Positions 12,990 to 26,612 of a stretch of 64,000 bases of DNA are shown here, one piece after another. The notes under the pieces are model-generated. The model saw only the letters and a list, made by a program, of their open reading frames with translations. It was not told where the DNA came from and did no database searches. Position numbers and translations under genes: made by a program. Source of the stretch: Sphyrna mokarran (Eukaryota); contig JAGIQG010000011.1 of assembly GCA_024679065.1 (NCBI GenBank), positions 42,098,001-42,162,000 of the forward strand, given 5' to 3'. Every line of letters starts with the position of its first letter. Position 1 is the first letter of the stretch.

Positions 12990-15900
12990 GTTAAGGCAAC
13001 ATTCTGCTCACTCCAAACTCATTCTCTTGTAATGCAATCATGCCCTCAAAGAGTTACACTCCTCAGGGATCTCACAAGTTATTAATGGAGAAAATATCAG
13101 CACTAAATGTCTCACCTACCCCTTAACATCATCACCTCTTGTCTATCATCATGCACAAACACCATCTTCAGTCTTACAGAGGAGGACTCAGCAAACACAC
13201 CAACCCTGCATATTTCCTAACCTCTACTCCAACCATTCTCACTTTATTGCCTATTTGTCTTTTTGTAGGCCAAGCTGGCCCTCATCAGGAGAGCGGGAAG
13301 CTGGATGAGAGGAGAATCGAGGAGTTCAATCCCATCAAGGAGAATGCCGCCGAGCTGGTGGTGAAGGCACAGGGATCACTAGCTCCTGTGACAAACATGA
13401 GATCAGTATGACCAGTATAGATGAACCGTCATCACATCCTGAAATTCACAGTCAGTGCTATGCTCACAAACTAAATCTATAGCCTCTGTATTATAGGCAG
13501 CAGCAGCAGCAGCTACAAGTCCGGCCAGCCCATCAACCACAGCCTACTTCAGGTGAAGATTTGTTTGAAGAAGACCCATCATTGCACTGAGCTGCATCCT
13601 CCACCAGCAAGACACATCTCCACAGCAGCTAGAGGCAATGACAACCCAGGTCTCTAGCACTTTCGATAAAGATCAAACACCTACGGATTCCAAATTACAT
13701 AGAAATGGTTGTTGCTCACAAGCTGGGGATACAAAGACAGCAGTTGAATATCAGGCAGAATTGAGAAAAACAATCAACAGACAAGTGAAAGATGGAGGAG
13801 ACCATCCTTGTTCTATCTGATGAGATAGCTCTGATTTGCGAGTGCCTCCAGATCTCTACGGAAGCCTGGGTCCAGCAGGTTCTGCGTGGTTTGTACTTAG
13901 ATCTGCATTTCATTGCTCTAGATTTAAGTGGGATCCTTTAGTGGCTCAGAGTCACGATTGAAGTGAAAGTAGGCAAGGACATGCCACCCAATCATGAATC
14001 AGACTGTCTATTTCCCACTTGCATAGCACAAATGTACTTTGTAAATTAATGATACATGAATGCCAGTGGAGTTCCCGACATGGGTCAACGGGAAGGTTGA
14101 CCACCATTACGGCCACCGTGGAACGGCTGACGGGAAATTTCTGACGTGTTTTCCTGATAGTGGAAATCCGACCTTTGGCCTCACTCTGAATTTTCTATTC
14201 CCAAGTGCCATGCAACCTGTCATTGGTGGCACCGAATAATTCCACACAATATGTTGGTTCCCTCACTCCAACAGTGTTCAATTCACAACGCCCCGTCCCC
14301 CGATGCCACTCCTACCTGACATTTACTCCTTGACTGTTTCACAGCCTGAAAATCCTGGCAACTCTACCATCATTTTTATAGATGTATTTCCAGGAGTTGC
14401 AAACCACCAAATGTTTTACAGGTACACTACATCTGTACGCCAAATCAAACTGGATATTTAAACAAGAATATTTAAACTAATATGATCTTAGCTCTGGGAC
14501 TAAAATCATTTTCTGATAACAGAAGGTGTGTTCTGTAACAATCGTTAAACTTAATAATTGGTGAGAAGTTGCTGCTTGACACAGCTGGCTATTCCATTAG
14601 TTTCCAGTCATTGAAATTCACCAACAAGCTTGGATTTCATACTCAATGAATAGTCAGAGATTTTCATTGATTTCAATCTAGTCCGCACTAGATTCAAAGT
14701 TACGCCTGATCTAAATGTGACAAGAAACAAAAGAGCTTCATTTCAATGAGACCTAGACCTGAGATTGGGACAAAGATATATTTTCCACTGAAGTAGATGG
14801 TATCTAAGAAACTCTTGCAAAAGGATTGCTTGGCATTATTTAGGTCTGAGTTGAAACTAAGCTTCAGCAAAATGAATTGCAATCACAGGGAGTGAGGGGA
14901 CCTCCCTGCGCCCACCCCCAGCCACCCTCCCCCTTCCCTCCACCCACCTGATGAAGGATTGTACAGTAGTTGACTAGAAAATTCAAACTTCAAGTGGTCA
15001 ATTGTCCTGTGCTAGGAATCATGCAATACAGATTTAAATTGCAGATTTTGCCTGGTTCCAACTCTTACAGGAATAGTTATCCAAGAAAAGCTAAAAGAGT
15101 TAAAACAACTTCTAAGTTCTAGGTAACTATAGTCCAGATGATCCCCCACACCCTGACTATTCTCCTGACCCTTCCAATGGACTCTGAATACTTTCCCCAC
15201 TCCTAATTATCTCCCATCTGATTACGCTCACCAAACACCCCCTCTTCACAGTCCAACACTCCATCCCCATTAATCAGTTCCCCAGTGATCACCCCAACGA
15301 CCCAACTCTCACAATGAGCATATATTGGACATGTAGCAAGTACTCCATCTACTTGACACTAAGGCCCAATTCATTTTCCTTTGTTGTGAGTGCTGTTGGC
15401 AAGTGCTGAATGTTGCAAATACAATTAGCTATTGGGTAGCTGACTGTCAAATCCTTCACCTTGAAGACCTTAAAATAAGCTGCAGTCCCCAACTGTGTGT
15501 CCTGATAGAGCAGTACTGCCACAGGAGACTCAGTAGCAATGATGTATCTGCATGCTTGCACTAAACAGATGATTGATGTCAGGTTTAATAAAGCAAACAC
15601 TACCACCACCTTTTGCATGGACAACCAAAAGCGACTGATGCTTGCAAAGTAATAAACTAGAATACTGGACACTGGCAGCATCAATGGAGAGATAAGCAGA
15701 GATAACATTTCAAGTCTGTTAATATATTCACAATTCATTAAGGACAATTTTAATATGAGATTTGGGATTCAACTGTGGATGCACAAGTTTCCAGGGATCC
15801 TTGGGACTTGCCAGGGAAAGCAAGATGTGAAGGCAACAGTCATTAAATAAATTAGTCAAAAATCTCCTTAATTACTGAAACCTCAGAGCTATTTCTGATC

Positions 15901-16149
15901 TTGTTGTGAGAAAGGCTTTTACTCTCAGTAATTGTTTTAAGAGATGACTTTCACAGCTTTGAATGTTTAGGTGTCTGATCTCCACTTTGCAGCTTTGACC
16001 CATAGATCATAATGGGTACATTTATGCTACATTGGCTTGGACCACAAATGAGGACCAAGATGACCAGCAGCAAGATGAGGCAGTAACATCAGCAGCAGTC
16101 TTCTCCCCACAGCCTCCACAGGACAAGGAAATGAATAGAGAGACAGGTG

Positions 16150-17030
16150 ATACCCACAACACAGCACAGTATCTTTGAGAGTTTGGAATGCTGTATCTCA
16201 GGAGGCTCAGGGTCTTGAGTCATGTGGTGGCAGATATTTGCAGCCTGGTGAAAGATGATTATCTGGATCTGGCAGACACTGTCAAAGTCACTACCACACT
16301 CAACCTCTTTGCCTTTGGCTCTATCCAGGTGTGCCGGGGGAGATTTGCAAGATCTCACAGTCAATCACCCATAAATATATAGGACATTGTTTACCAAGGC
16401 CAGCAATTATATGCACTTTGCCACCAATTATGCCAGTCAAGATGGCAGGCACTCAAGTTGGCTTCCTGCAGGCACTGAGCACCATTGATCTCACACAGCA
16501 GATAACCTGGAAACCCCAGAACAAAAAGGAAGTATTCAGCACCCACAGGACTTTGCAGTCCATCAAAGTGCAGCTCACGTGCACTAGATAATGTTTCAGC
16601 AGCTATGCGCAAGATTCCCAGGCAGCTACTATGATGCTTTGATCCTGCAGGAGTCCACCACCCTAATCTCTCACATCTTCAGTCAGACTCATTGGCTGCT
16701 GCCACTGCTGCTGAAAAGGGCTATCCACTTACAATGTGGCCGATGACACATTCAGCCTATTAGGCCCAGGACTGATATAATCAAAGTTATAGACACATCA
16801 TCAAATAAGCCATTAACAAGCTAAAGATGCTCCTCGGGTGCTTGACAAATGTAGAGGTGCCCTTCACAGCAGCCAGGGTCTCTAGAATGATTGTAGACAT
16901 TGGACAACATTGCACAGCAGGAGGAGCAAAGCACAGAATCTCTTCACGGGGAAAAGCATGACACAGTCAATGTATCAACCATGATGTACAATGCCATCCA
17001 GGGTGTCCACATAGTGACAAGGTTCAGTTA
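16150..17030 (+). pseudogene. Degenerate PIF/Harbinger (HARBI1-like) DDE transposase
   Basis: Frameshifted motifs in the expected order: VKVTTTLNLFAFGSIQ, KISQSITHKYI, QSIKVQLTC, CARFPGSYYDALILQES, KGYPL.MWPMT, YNQS, KLKMLLGCL. Confidence 0.85.
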
Positions 17031-17824
17031 GGTTTCTTGAGTGCCTATTTGGCAGTAATATCTAAACCCACTTCCTCCCCATCCATTCCACCCCCCAACT
17101 TTCCAAATATAAAAAAGTCCTGAAACGAACCAGGTAGTTCTTTCACAGCATCCTATTGCTTGACATTCTGTTTCAATACACCATTCATCACAAAGTGAAA
17201 AGGTCATTCAACATGCAAGGCCAAAAGCAGGCAAGGTAGGACAGTGTGGGGGGGAAAAAAAAATATGGCTCAGAAATAAACCAGAAATTTAACTACCTAA
17301 AATAGTATTATACACTCACAAGCATACTCTGGTGCAACTACAAACTTTTACTCTTCCTCTTCCTATCAATTTTATATAGTTTGATCCCTGGGGCTTTAGC
17401 AGAAATAGAGACAGCCTGCTCAGATCCCTGTCGAAATGCTGAGATGTTCATAGACAATGTCGTTGGGTACTTTCAGCCCATGAAGGCTCTGCCAAAGACT
17501 GACCTCAGTACTGTGTCTCTTCTTAGTGTTCTGTGGTCTACACACCCCCCCACCACCCGCAGGGTAGAAAAGAGACCAATGAGTGAAGGCCATGGAATAT
17601 GTTGAACAAATGAATGGGCAACATTTGTTGAGCATCTGTGAAGAAGAAACTCGATATTGCCTAAGGATGTAGCTCAGTGAGAATGCTGGATGTGAGGAAA
17701 AACACAGACAGAGACACCGACATCATAAGTTAGTGTGAGAAGCGATGAGCCGGAGTAGGCTTGAGGAGGCAGAGTGAAAAGATTGGTGTGATTTACATAT
17801 AGCATGTAGTTGCATGTATCCCAG

Positions 17825-18030
17825 TACTCACGTTTCCTGCTTTAATGAGGTCATTAAACCACTTTCTGCACTGAGCCAGGAGCATTCTAACACAATTCTG
17901 CTACTCATCTCATAATCCGCCACTTTGTCACACCATCTTTCTTTCACTGGTATATTACTTCCCACTGCGATTAGGGAACGATATCTCTTTGTGGACCAGC
18001 ATCACCTCCAGAGAGACATTACCAAAGTGA
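17825..18030 (-). pseudogene. Myb/SANT partner gene remnant, convergent with the Harbinger transposase
   Basis: Minus strand reads HFGNVSLEVML...ISFP and AQCRKWFNDLIKAG, followed by a gtgagt donor. Confidence 0.7.
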
Positions 18031-18207
18031 AGCAGGGACTTGGAATGTTGGAACCCTATTCTAACAGTTCTGTTCTTTTCTCCTACTTTCAGAATCCATT
18101 TACACAAAAGCAAAATTGCAGATGTTGGAAATCTGAAATTAAAAACAGAAAATGCTGGAAATATGAACAAAGGACGAAGAACATCTGGAAATAGAAAACA
18201 GAGATAA

Positions 18208-18335
18208 GGATGAGATTTTTAATGGCCTCGCTTATCTAGAAACTGTAAAATCTTGCCCAAGTCAATGGACCTTACCATGCTCCGCAACTTGCCTGCTTTG
18301 ATTCCCGTGATGGGCGGGCTGGGAAAATTCCAGCC
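18208..18335. mobile_element. Short MITE (Harbinger-like termini) inside a Penelope-type repeat
   Basis: Ends ggatgagatttt / aaaattccagcc; it splits the acagagataa|acatttcaggtcaatgacc repeat motif. Confidence 0.5.
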
Positions 18336-19834
18336 AACATTTCAGGTCAATGACCTTTAATCAGAACTGGAACCATCCTACGTACTGGAGTTGAAATCAC
18401 CACTTGTGGGTTGTCATCAATGCTTGTTCTATCTACTTAGTTCAGAAACCTGCGAGTCAGATTGAAATGTAGTGGCTAGGTTAAAAAGCCACTGACTAAC
18501 AAGTTGCACTTGCCTCTTGGTTCCTCATGTTATCAGATCCACACATCTCACCCCCATACTCAACTTTCCTCTGCTCCGAGAATGTCTTCAAATGAAAATA
18601 CCTTTTAAAAGAGCAGGAATAAATAGTAAATTAAATCAGAGAGTGAGATTGGACATCTGGAAGATTGACTTTCCTCAAAGGATGGCTGACCAGTATTCGA
18701 GAGAAGATAATGAAAATCAATCTTTACAGACCTTGAAGAAAACAATGGACTTCTCGGGGGGAAAAAATCATAAGTACATATGGAAGAGTGAATCATTCTG
18801 GAAAATAATTAAGTGGTTTGGAGATTCTTGAGATTTGCTTGATCACCCATAGTGGTCAGAGGAACTTTTGACAAAGAACTCCTTAATTAGATTATAAGTT
18901 TCTATTTTTGCCTCCCCCAGGTGATTGAGGGAAGAGAGGAGGGATCCCCAAAACTTGAAGAATTGTTTGTATTTGAGGCTGCTCTTAGGGGAAGCATGGT
19001 GTGAGCACTTATGGGCATTTTCTGACCATGTAAAGAAGAACCTTTGAGAATCCTATAGTACATAGGAACAGTTCAAAAAGTATAATAGTGCAGCATGAGA
19101 AACTCAGCACTTTTATTTGTAATACCTAAATCCAATGCTTTAATTCAGCCGTTCTGAAATGTGTGGTAATAATACTGGCCTAGAAATAGAGCATGCTAAT
19201 GAGTCTGTAGAAGTGTGCACCAGTACAGGGAATTGACTCCTGCATGTCAAGATTCTTTTATCACACAATACCACTAACAAGGATTTTTTTTAAAAAAGTC
19301 CATCAGGACTTGCAACGACAATGCTGCCATCAATGTGCCAAAGTGTATCTGTAACAAGAGTTCTCAAGCAAGATTTTACTCCCATTATCTAGTTGCTAAA
19401 TGATTTTAGCACCATAGTAAGTGACACTGACTATTTATGGCAAGAAAATGTAATGACATTCTATTCCCCTCCTGGCAGCAATGCCAAGATTTTTTGAGAG
19501 ATTTTTCTGCACTGACCTATTGGGAATATTGATTAGCAAAGTTTTACATGACTATAACAGGTAATACCAGTGGCATCCAAAAGCTTTGGCACTAGTGAAT
19601 TAGTAGTTTGGTTTTTGAAAGTTGCATTGGCAGCAGCATGAGAGTAGGCTATAAATCATCTGTCAAGATGGTCCTTTTGACTAAATATGCTACTTGAAGA
19701 GGGTATTGATATCACTGTGGATGAATGTACTTTGTGCGTGAGTCCTAATGACCAGGAAGCTCCTTGGGCTACTCTGAGTTAATCTATACCCACCTTGATT
19801 TTAATGTTAGAACATGCAATAAGTGTCAAAAAAT

Positions 19835-20025
19835 GAGCAGGTAGGTGGATTGACCATGCTAAATTGTCTCTTAGTATCCAAAGATATGTGTAGGTTAGGT
19901 GGATTAGCCATGATAAGTATGTGGGGAGGGCGTGAAAGGGTTGCTTTTTAGGAGACTCTGCAGACTCAGTGGGCGAATGGTCTCTTTCTGCACTGTAAGC
20001 ATTCTGTGGGTTCTGTAGGAATTCT
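19835..20025 (+). mobile_element. HE1-type SINE 3' half
   Basis: ggtggattgaccatgctaaattgtctctt...gaatggtctctttctgcactgtaa. Confidence 0.7.
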
Positions 20026-20191
20026 ATGTTGCATGAGTTTAATGTGGAAGAAGAGCCAGCGGAGGAACAACCAATAAATGGTAAATGATTCTAAGGAAAA
20101 CACAAAAGCGGCACCAGGTCAACTTCCATATCAGTGGTAAGAGGCAGCACCCACCTAGAATGAGCATAGAATGATCATAGAATCATTACAG

Positions 20192-20970
20192 TGCAGAAGG
20201 AGGCCATTCAGCCCATCAAATCTGCATTAACAACAATTCCACCCAGGCTCTATCCCCAAAACCCCACATATTTATCCTGTTAATCCCCCTGATGCTAAGG
20301 GTCAATTTATTATCTAAAACAGACACTCTATAGATGAGGAAAGACAAGAAAAATCTCATTTGCAAAAGAAGCAGTAAAATGCTAAGGAGCTAGAAGAGAA
20401 GAACACTCCACTCCCTCCACCACCCCGCAATTCTGAAACACTGGAAACAGCAGAAAGCCAAATGCCCCTCACTCTTTAAGCACCTTGTGTGGTGAGACTC
20501 TAAACACACCCCAACTCTGGGAAGCCAACAGCAGCAAAGTCCTCAAAGGGTGAATTCTGTCTGAAGGTAGTGATTCACCCTGATGAATCCTGCATCGTGC
20601 TTGTGTGTGGGACAGAGTGGTGGACATTTACCTCATCAGCTCGAACCAGGACAAAGCCTTAACAGTATGACTAACACAAGCATGATGGGTGTGCGCTGTG
20701 AAATGGAATTTGGCGACTGAATTTGCAATTTGATCTAACTGCCCAAAACAAAAGTTAAAAGCACAGCTTCTCAGTGGGAAAGAGAAAGTTGTCCAATCAA
20801 ATCTGTCTTTTTTCTTGTCTTTCCTCATCTAGAGAGTGTCTGTTTTAGATAATAAATTGACCCTTAGCATCAGGGGGATTAGCAGGATAAATATGTGGGG
20901 TTTCGGGGATAGAGCCTGGGTGGAATTGTTGTTAATACAGATTTGATGGGCTGAATGGCCTCCTTCTGCA
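20192..20970. repeat. 162-bp inverted duplication (arms 20192-20353 and 20809-20970)
   Basis: The arms are reverse complements with 4 mismatches; each holds a SINE 3' part plus about 40 bp of non-SINE sequence. Confidence 0.92.
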
Positions 20971-21120
20971 ATATAAGGCAAATCTGGAATAGGGCAGCGG
21001 TGTCCTTTCTCTCCTGCTTCAATTGTATACTATATTAAATTAGTTGACAGTCCATCAGTAAAGATGCAGACATAAAAGGGGTGACAATCCCAGGCAGCCA
21101 GGTCAAAGCCTCCCTGCAGT
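20630..21120 (+). mobile_element. Possible Tx1/L1-like reverse-transcriptase remnants
   Basis: LISSNQDKA (cf. SLDQEKAFD) at about 20632, SGIGQRCPFSP (cf. GVRQGCPLSP) at about 20983, and QVKASL at about 21099. Confidence 0.45.
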
Positions 21121-24100
21121 GAGTGACCTTGCTGTCTTTGTAAAGGGTTAACATAGGAAATATGTGATTCTGATAATAATGATGAAGTAACATCAAATAA
21201 TTGAGTAACAGAGGTCTGAGAAGAGAAGTTCCAATTTTGTGCAGGAAAAATTAATGGCTTCAACAAATTACAGTCTCAAGTAGCTTACTTTGGGAGAATA
21301 GACAAACCCTAAAGAACCCCATCTAGACCTGAACACGCACCAAAATAACCTTCTGCTCGTATCCACTGTCAGCTTGCAAACCGATGAGCATTTTAGTTTG
21401 AACTGTAAAACAGACTATAGAATTAGGCAGACTGATCGTTTTTCCCCTTCATGTCAAGCAAGATTAACTGACAGTGCTGCGGATATGGTTCAGAAAGGCA
21501 AAAACTACAATGAGTTTATAGTCACAAGTAAAACAAAAACTGGAGTTGGGCGACATTCCATTTTCACTATGGGAGGGAAACTGGCCAACATCGTCATGTA
21601 TGTCCCACCCATACCTCACCCCTGTACTCTGGTGGATATGTGAGGCATTTTCTGCTTTATCTGAAGGTTGAAAATGGACTGTCCACAAAATAGACACAAT
21701 GTACAAATTTCCAGAAAAAAGGGGAGAAAGACATAACCAATGGCAGTCTCACCGTGATGGCCAACATTGTGCATCAAGTTACAGATACAGGTTAATTTAA
21801 ACAGCGCTAATTTCTCCTTTCAAAACCCATCTGTAAACAGAAAGGTGTTTTAATTGGCTTTCCCCCTTTATAAGTGGGGTATTTCCCAACCCCTAGATTT
21901 TGGTGTGATGCAATTTATAATAATTGCAAACTCAAGATAAGATGAACTAACTCAAAAGTTAGGTTATTTGCACACATTCAAAATGCAGGAAGAGGGTCAC
22001 AACATTGTCTCATGTGCACTAATACCATAAAAATGATAGAGAAAAGATTTATAGTGCAAAGATTACAGAGAAGAGATTCTGGATTCTGGTTCCAAAGTTC
22101 AGAATCAAAATCCAGTGAGTTATTCCTTCACAAAGATCTGGGAGCTGAAAACTGATGTTGTTAACTCATTTTTTTGGTGATGTTAACTTCACACAGTGAA
22201 GTGAGCGTGCAGAGCTGAATAAGTATTTTAAAGGAGATGGTACAGAATTTCCAGTGGAAGCAGTGTAGATGGGAACCAGGTGTCCAAATCTGGGCAGAGA
22301 GCTACTTTTCTGTGAGATCGCTTAGAGGATGGTCAAGGGCAGACTGAGTTGTGGCCGTTGCCCGCTGAGTTTTCATGGCAGCTGCCCCAAGTTTGAACCT
22401 TTGAAGGTACCAGTCTGCAATATAAGGCAATATTACGAGTTCTACAAACCAAAGATTATGCCAAATGACTCCCAATTCTCCATATTTCTTTGGACAAAGG
22501 TATCTCTCATCAATGTCTCAACTATTAAGACTTGAAAAGAAGGTTCCAGGATATTTTATCCTAGCAGGTGAGTAGACTTCAGTTGGCCAGCCTATGTTAT
22601 GAAATGTAAATGGTGCCTGTATGATGCTTTTTCAATTTGGTCTGTGCAGCTGACAATGTGTCATTAGTGACTCTTCAGAGATAATGAGGTGCAATGTTTC
22701 TTCGCTACTGCCAGATAGCTCCTCTTGTTCAAGGGTGACATACAGACATAGATTCTGCCATTTTAAGCTCTTCAACAATTTTTTTAGAGATAACAGTGAA
22801 CATATTTATATCTGTTATAGAAAATATACAGAGTGCAGTCTTAGTCACCTCACATTGCGCACTGACCACTTGGCACACAAACATCAAATATCGCTACTTG
22901 CTGAAATTTTATCTGCAGCGCATGAATCTGGCCACATTGCGCAGTTGAACAGTACAGTACCAACTAACCCGCATAGAAATATCTGTGGGAAAAGGAGATG
23001 GTTTCCTGAATAGACTGTGTTGGCAAAATGCCTCACCACCACAACAAAAAATAAGCACTGAGACATAACTTGACTAATGATGTGAACAATCCTTCCTGTT
23101 AGAGCTATACTGCTTGCCTGGAATGTCAGTGGCTCCACACAGTCCCTGTAAGGCAACTGCAGTGGTGAAGAGACCATCATCCATCCTCTTCTGTAATGTG
23201 ATTTTACAAATAAGGTTTGGAAAGAGATACAATGGTTTTGTCAAGGTTTATCCCAAATATCTTCATAATCAGGACTCTACAGGGTGTTCTCAGCGACATA
23301 TACCAAGATAAACATTAACTACTACTGGAGGTCAGTCTCCTGAGTGAAAAATGCTCCTTAATCTGCCAGAAATGTGATGGTCTTCTTGTGTGAAGAATCA
23401 TTGATGTTTCTGTGTTGAAGATTAGCACATTCCATAGTCCAGGACTACATGTTGAGGGATAGTGTACAACTTGGGACAGCTGCCACAAAAGTTCAATGGG
23501 TAACAGCCACAGTTTAGAGTCCTTCCTTCACAGTATACCGAGGGCTTGGAAACCACGTACAATGTCTTGAGCTGACTAATTAGCATGAAATCAATGTTGT
23601 AAATATAACATGTAATTGTAAATGCAGGAAAGCATCTCAAGGTGCCAAATATTGTATGGAAAGAAATTGATCTAATTTTACACTTTATGTAGTGTTAAAT
23701 TTGAACTGTTATGTAATGTACCTTTATAAATTTTATGAATTAAATACTTTTGACTCAAAACAGTAACTCTGTTTCGCTCTCCACAGATGCTGTCAGGCCT
23801 GCTCTGTTTTTTCAACATTTTTGTATTTTTCTCAGTTTCCAGCTACTGCAATATTTTCTTTTTATTATGGGGATGAGGGATGGTTGCCATGGTTGGTGTA
23901 ATAGAAGGAAGAGTTCTTATATTCCACCAAAATATTTGTTACATGTTTTGGGCTTCTTCTCTTGCACCAGCAGCCTTTACTGAATGGAGCACTCACAGCT
24001 AATTCTCCATTTTGGCATGCTGTCAAAATTGCATCAGATTCCAATGTATGTCACAGATTCCCAATTAGTGAGACTCCTGTTTCATTCAGACCAGAGACAT

Positions 24101-24689
24101 GGCCATTCATTAGAAAGCTTGGGGACAATTAGGTGGAATAAGGTGCTAGGTCCATCAACCCCTTTTTAACTCTGCTATTGCTGTCCTTCCAATATGTAGA
24201 GCAGATTGAATCCTCCTCCAAAATCTACTGTAAATTCTATCCCAAACTCTTGTAAAGGGAATTAACTTGCATTAGATAACATAAATTTATGCTGGAAGCT
24301 TTGATTTACCATGCATGATTAATAATGTACTACATAAAGTCTATTATCCATATGCTGTAAGTATCAAGAATTTGGAATCAATCTCTAAATTATCATTCAA
24401 GCAGTTTTGATTTGAGATCCACTCATTGGATTAATTCAGGAGAAAAACTTACAATTGTTCACAATGGTACAGATCCAAGTAGATTCCAACAGACATACAG
24501 CCAAACGTAAGTAATATCAAAATGGGCAAAACAGAAATTCTACATCTATGATGGTCAACTGCCCGTTCACAACCAGCAGAAAGCAGCAGCTGGCTCCCAG
24601 GGCAGAACCTAAAGTTTCAGTAGCTGGATCATTCAGCTGGCACCTAAGAAGGCTTATCATGAGCATACTAATTGCAAGGAGGAGACTTT

Positions 24690-25005
24690 GGACAGCACAG
24701 TGGCACATTGGTTAGCACTAGTGCCTCACAGTGCCAGTGATACGGATTCAATTCTAGCCTCGGTTAATTATGTGGAGTTTGCGTAGTCTCCATATCTGCA
24801 TGGATTTCCTCGGAGGTAATCCAGTTTCCGAACACACCCCAAAGATGTGCAGTTAGGGTGACTGGCCATGGTAAATTGCCTCAATGTCAGAGGGATTAGC
24901 AGAGTAAATATGTGGGGTTAGGGGAATAGGACCTGGAATGGATTATGGTCAATGCAGACTTGATGGGCCGAATGACCTCCTTCTGCATTGTGGGAATTCT
25001 ATTAT
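24690..25005 (+). mobile_element. HE1-type SINE
   Basis: cagcacagtggcacattggttagcactagtgcctcacagtgcc head and gggaattctat tail. Confidence 0.85.
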
Positions 25006-25164
25006 TTTGGAGGAGAGAATGTGGGGAACCAGGGCAGGAAATGACCCAACTTTCCACATGGGACACAGAAAAGCAGCACTTCAGAACACCTTTTCACTTG
25101 GGAGACCTTCTTCAGCCTCCCTGCCTAAAATAAAATTGGGGTGTCATTGACATCATGGACTAAT

Positions 25165-25790
25165 ATCTTGTATTCATACAATGCTTTTGAAATAATGAAG
25201 TATTGCAAGGAACTTGCAAAATAAAAATTTTTTCTGAGCTCCTTAAGATGATATTAGAGCAGCTGATTAAGAGCTTGGTTAATGAGATAGGTTTTAAGAA
25301 GAAAAGAAAATAGAGAAACGTAGAGGTTCAGGGAAGGAATTCCAGAGCTTAGATAGCTGAAGGCATAGCCATAAATGGTGGAGAAAATAAAATCAGGGAA
25401 GTTCAAAAGATCAGAATTAGGTGACTGCAGAGGACTGTGAAGCTAGGAAATAGGGAAGCGCAAAGCAAAATAGCATAAGAATTTTAAAATTGAGCCATTT
25501 CTTGACTAGGAGCCAATACAATACAAAGACTTGGTGTAAATAAAACATAGGCAGCAGTGTTTTGGATTACCTCAATTTTACAGAGGGTAGAAATGGGAAA
25601 TTACCCAGGAGTGCATTACAATAAACAGATCTAAAGATAACAAAGGCATGGATGGAGCTTTCAGCAGCAGACGAGCTAAGGAAAAAGCTATGTCAGGTGT
25701 GTTATGGTGGTGGAAATATGCAATCTGAGTGAAGAAACGGTCATGTGATCGGAAGCTTGGAGTCAAATTGACACCAATGCTGTGAAGAGT
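25165..25790 (-). mobile_element. L2-like LINE 3' fragment
   Basis: agcttggttaatgagataggttttaag, ggaattccagagcttag and gcagcagtgttttggat resemble L2 3' ends in reverse. Confidence 0.55.
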
Positions 25791-25794
25791 CTAG

Positions 25795-26612
25795 TAAATG
25801 GAGTATTATATGGGGAAACGTGAAATTGTCCATTTTGGCAGGAAGAATAAAAGAGAAGCATATTATCTAAATGTTAAGAGATTGCAAAGTTCTGAGATGC
25901 AGAAGAATTTGGGTGTCCTTGCGCACAAGACACAAAAGGCTAGTATGCAAGTAAGCAAATAATTAAGAAAGCTGATGTTATAATTTACTGCAAGGGGAAT
26001 TGATTACAAAAGTAGTGAGGTTATGCTTTAGTTATTTAAAACACTAGTGAGATCACATCTGGAGAACTGTATACAGTATTGGTCATCTTATTTAAGGAAG
26101 CATGTAAATGCTTTGGAAGCAGTTCAGAGAGGGTTTACCCTACTAAAACCCAGAATGGTCGGGTTGTCGAGGAAAGATTGGATAGACTATGCTTGTATTC
26201 ATTGGAGTTTAGATGAGTAAGAAGCAACTTGATTGAAACATGCAAGATCCTCAGGGGTCATGACAGGGTGGGTATGGAGAGGATCTTCCCTCTTGTTGGA
26301 GAATCTGGAACTAGGGGTCACTGTTGAAAAATAAGGGATCATCTTTTTAAAAATGGGGAGAAGATTTTTTTCTCAGAGGGCCGTGAATCTTTTGAAACTC
26401 TCTTCCTGAGAGTTTCAAAGGCAGTGGAAACAGAGTATTTAAATACTTTTTAAGGCACAGCTGGATATATTTTTGGAACATAGGCTGTGACAGATTATCA
26501 GGGGAAGTGGGAAGCAGATTTAAGATTATTATTAAATCAGCCATGATCTTACTAAATGACAAATCAGACTCATGGGCCTGAATGGATTACTCATGCTCCT
26601 TGTTCATGTTTG
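25795..26612 (+). mobile_element. CR1 LINE 3' fragment
   Basis: Encodes EIVHFGRKNK, LVRSHLENCIQYWS and LEAVQRGFT; 3' tail atcagccatgatctt...ctccttgttcatg. Confidence 0.85.

Noticed and set aside
16150-17030. Functional HARBI1 host gene
   Set aside because: Many frameshifts, stops and damaged catalytic motifs; a transposon fossil.
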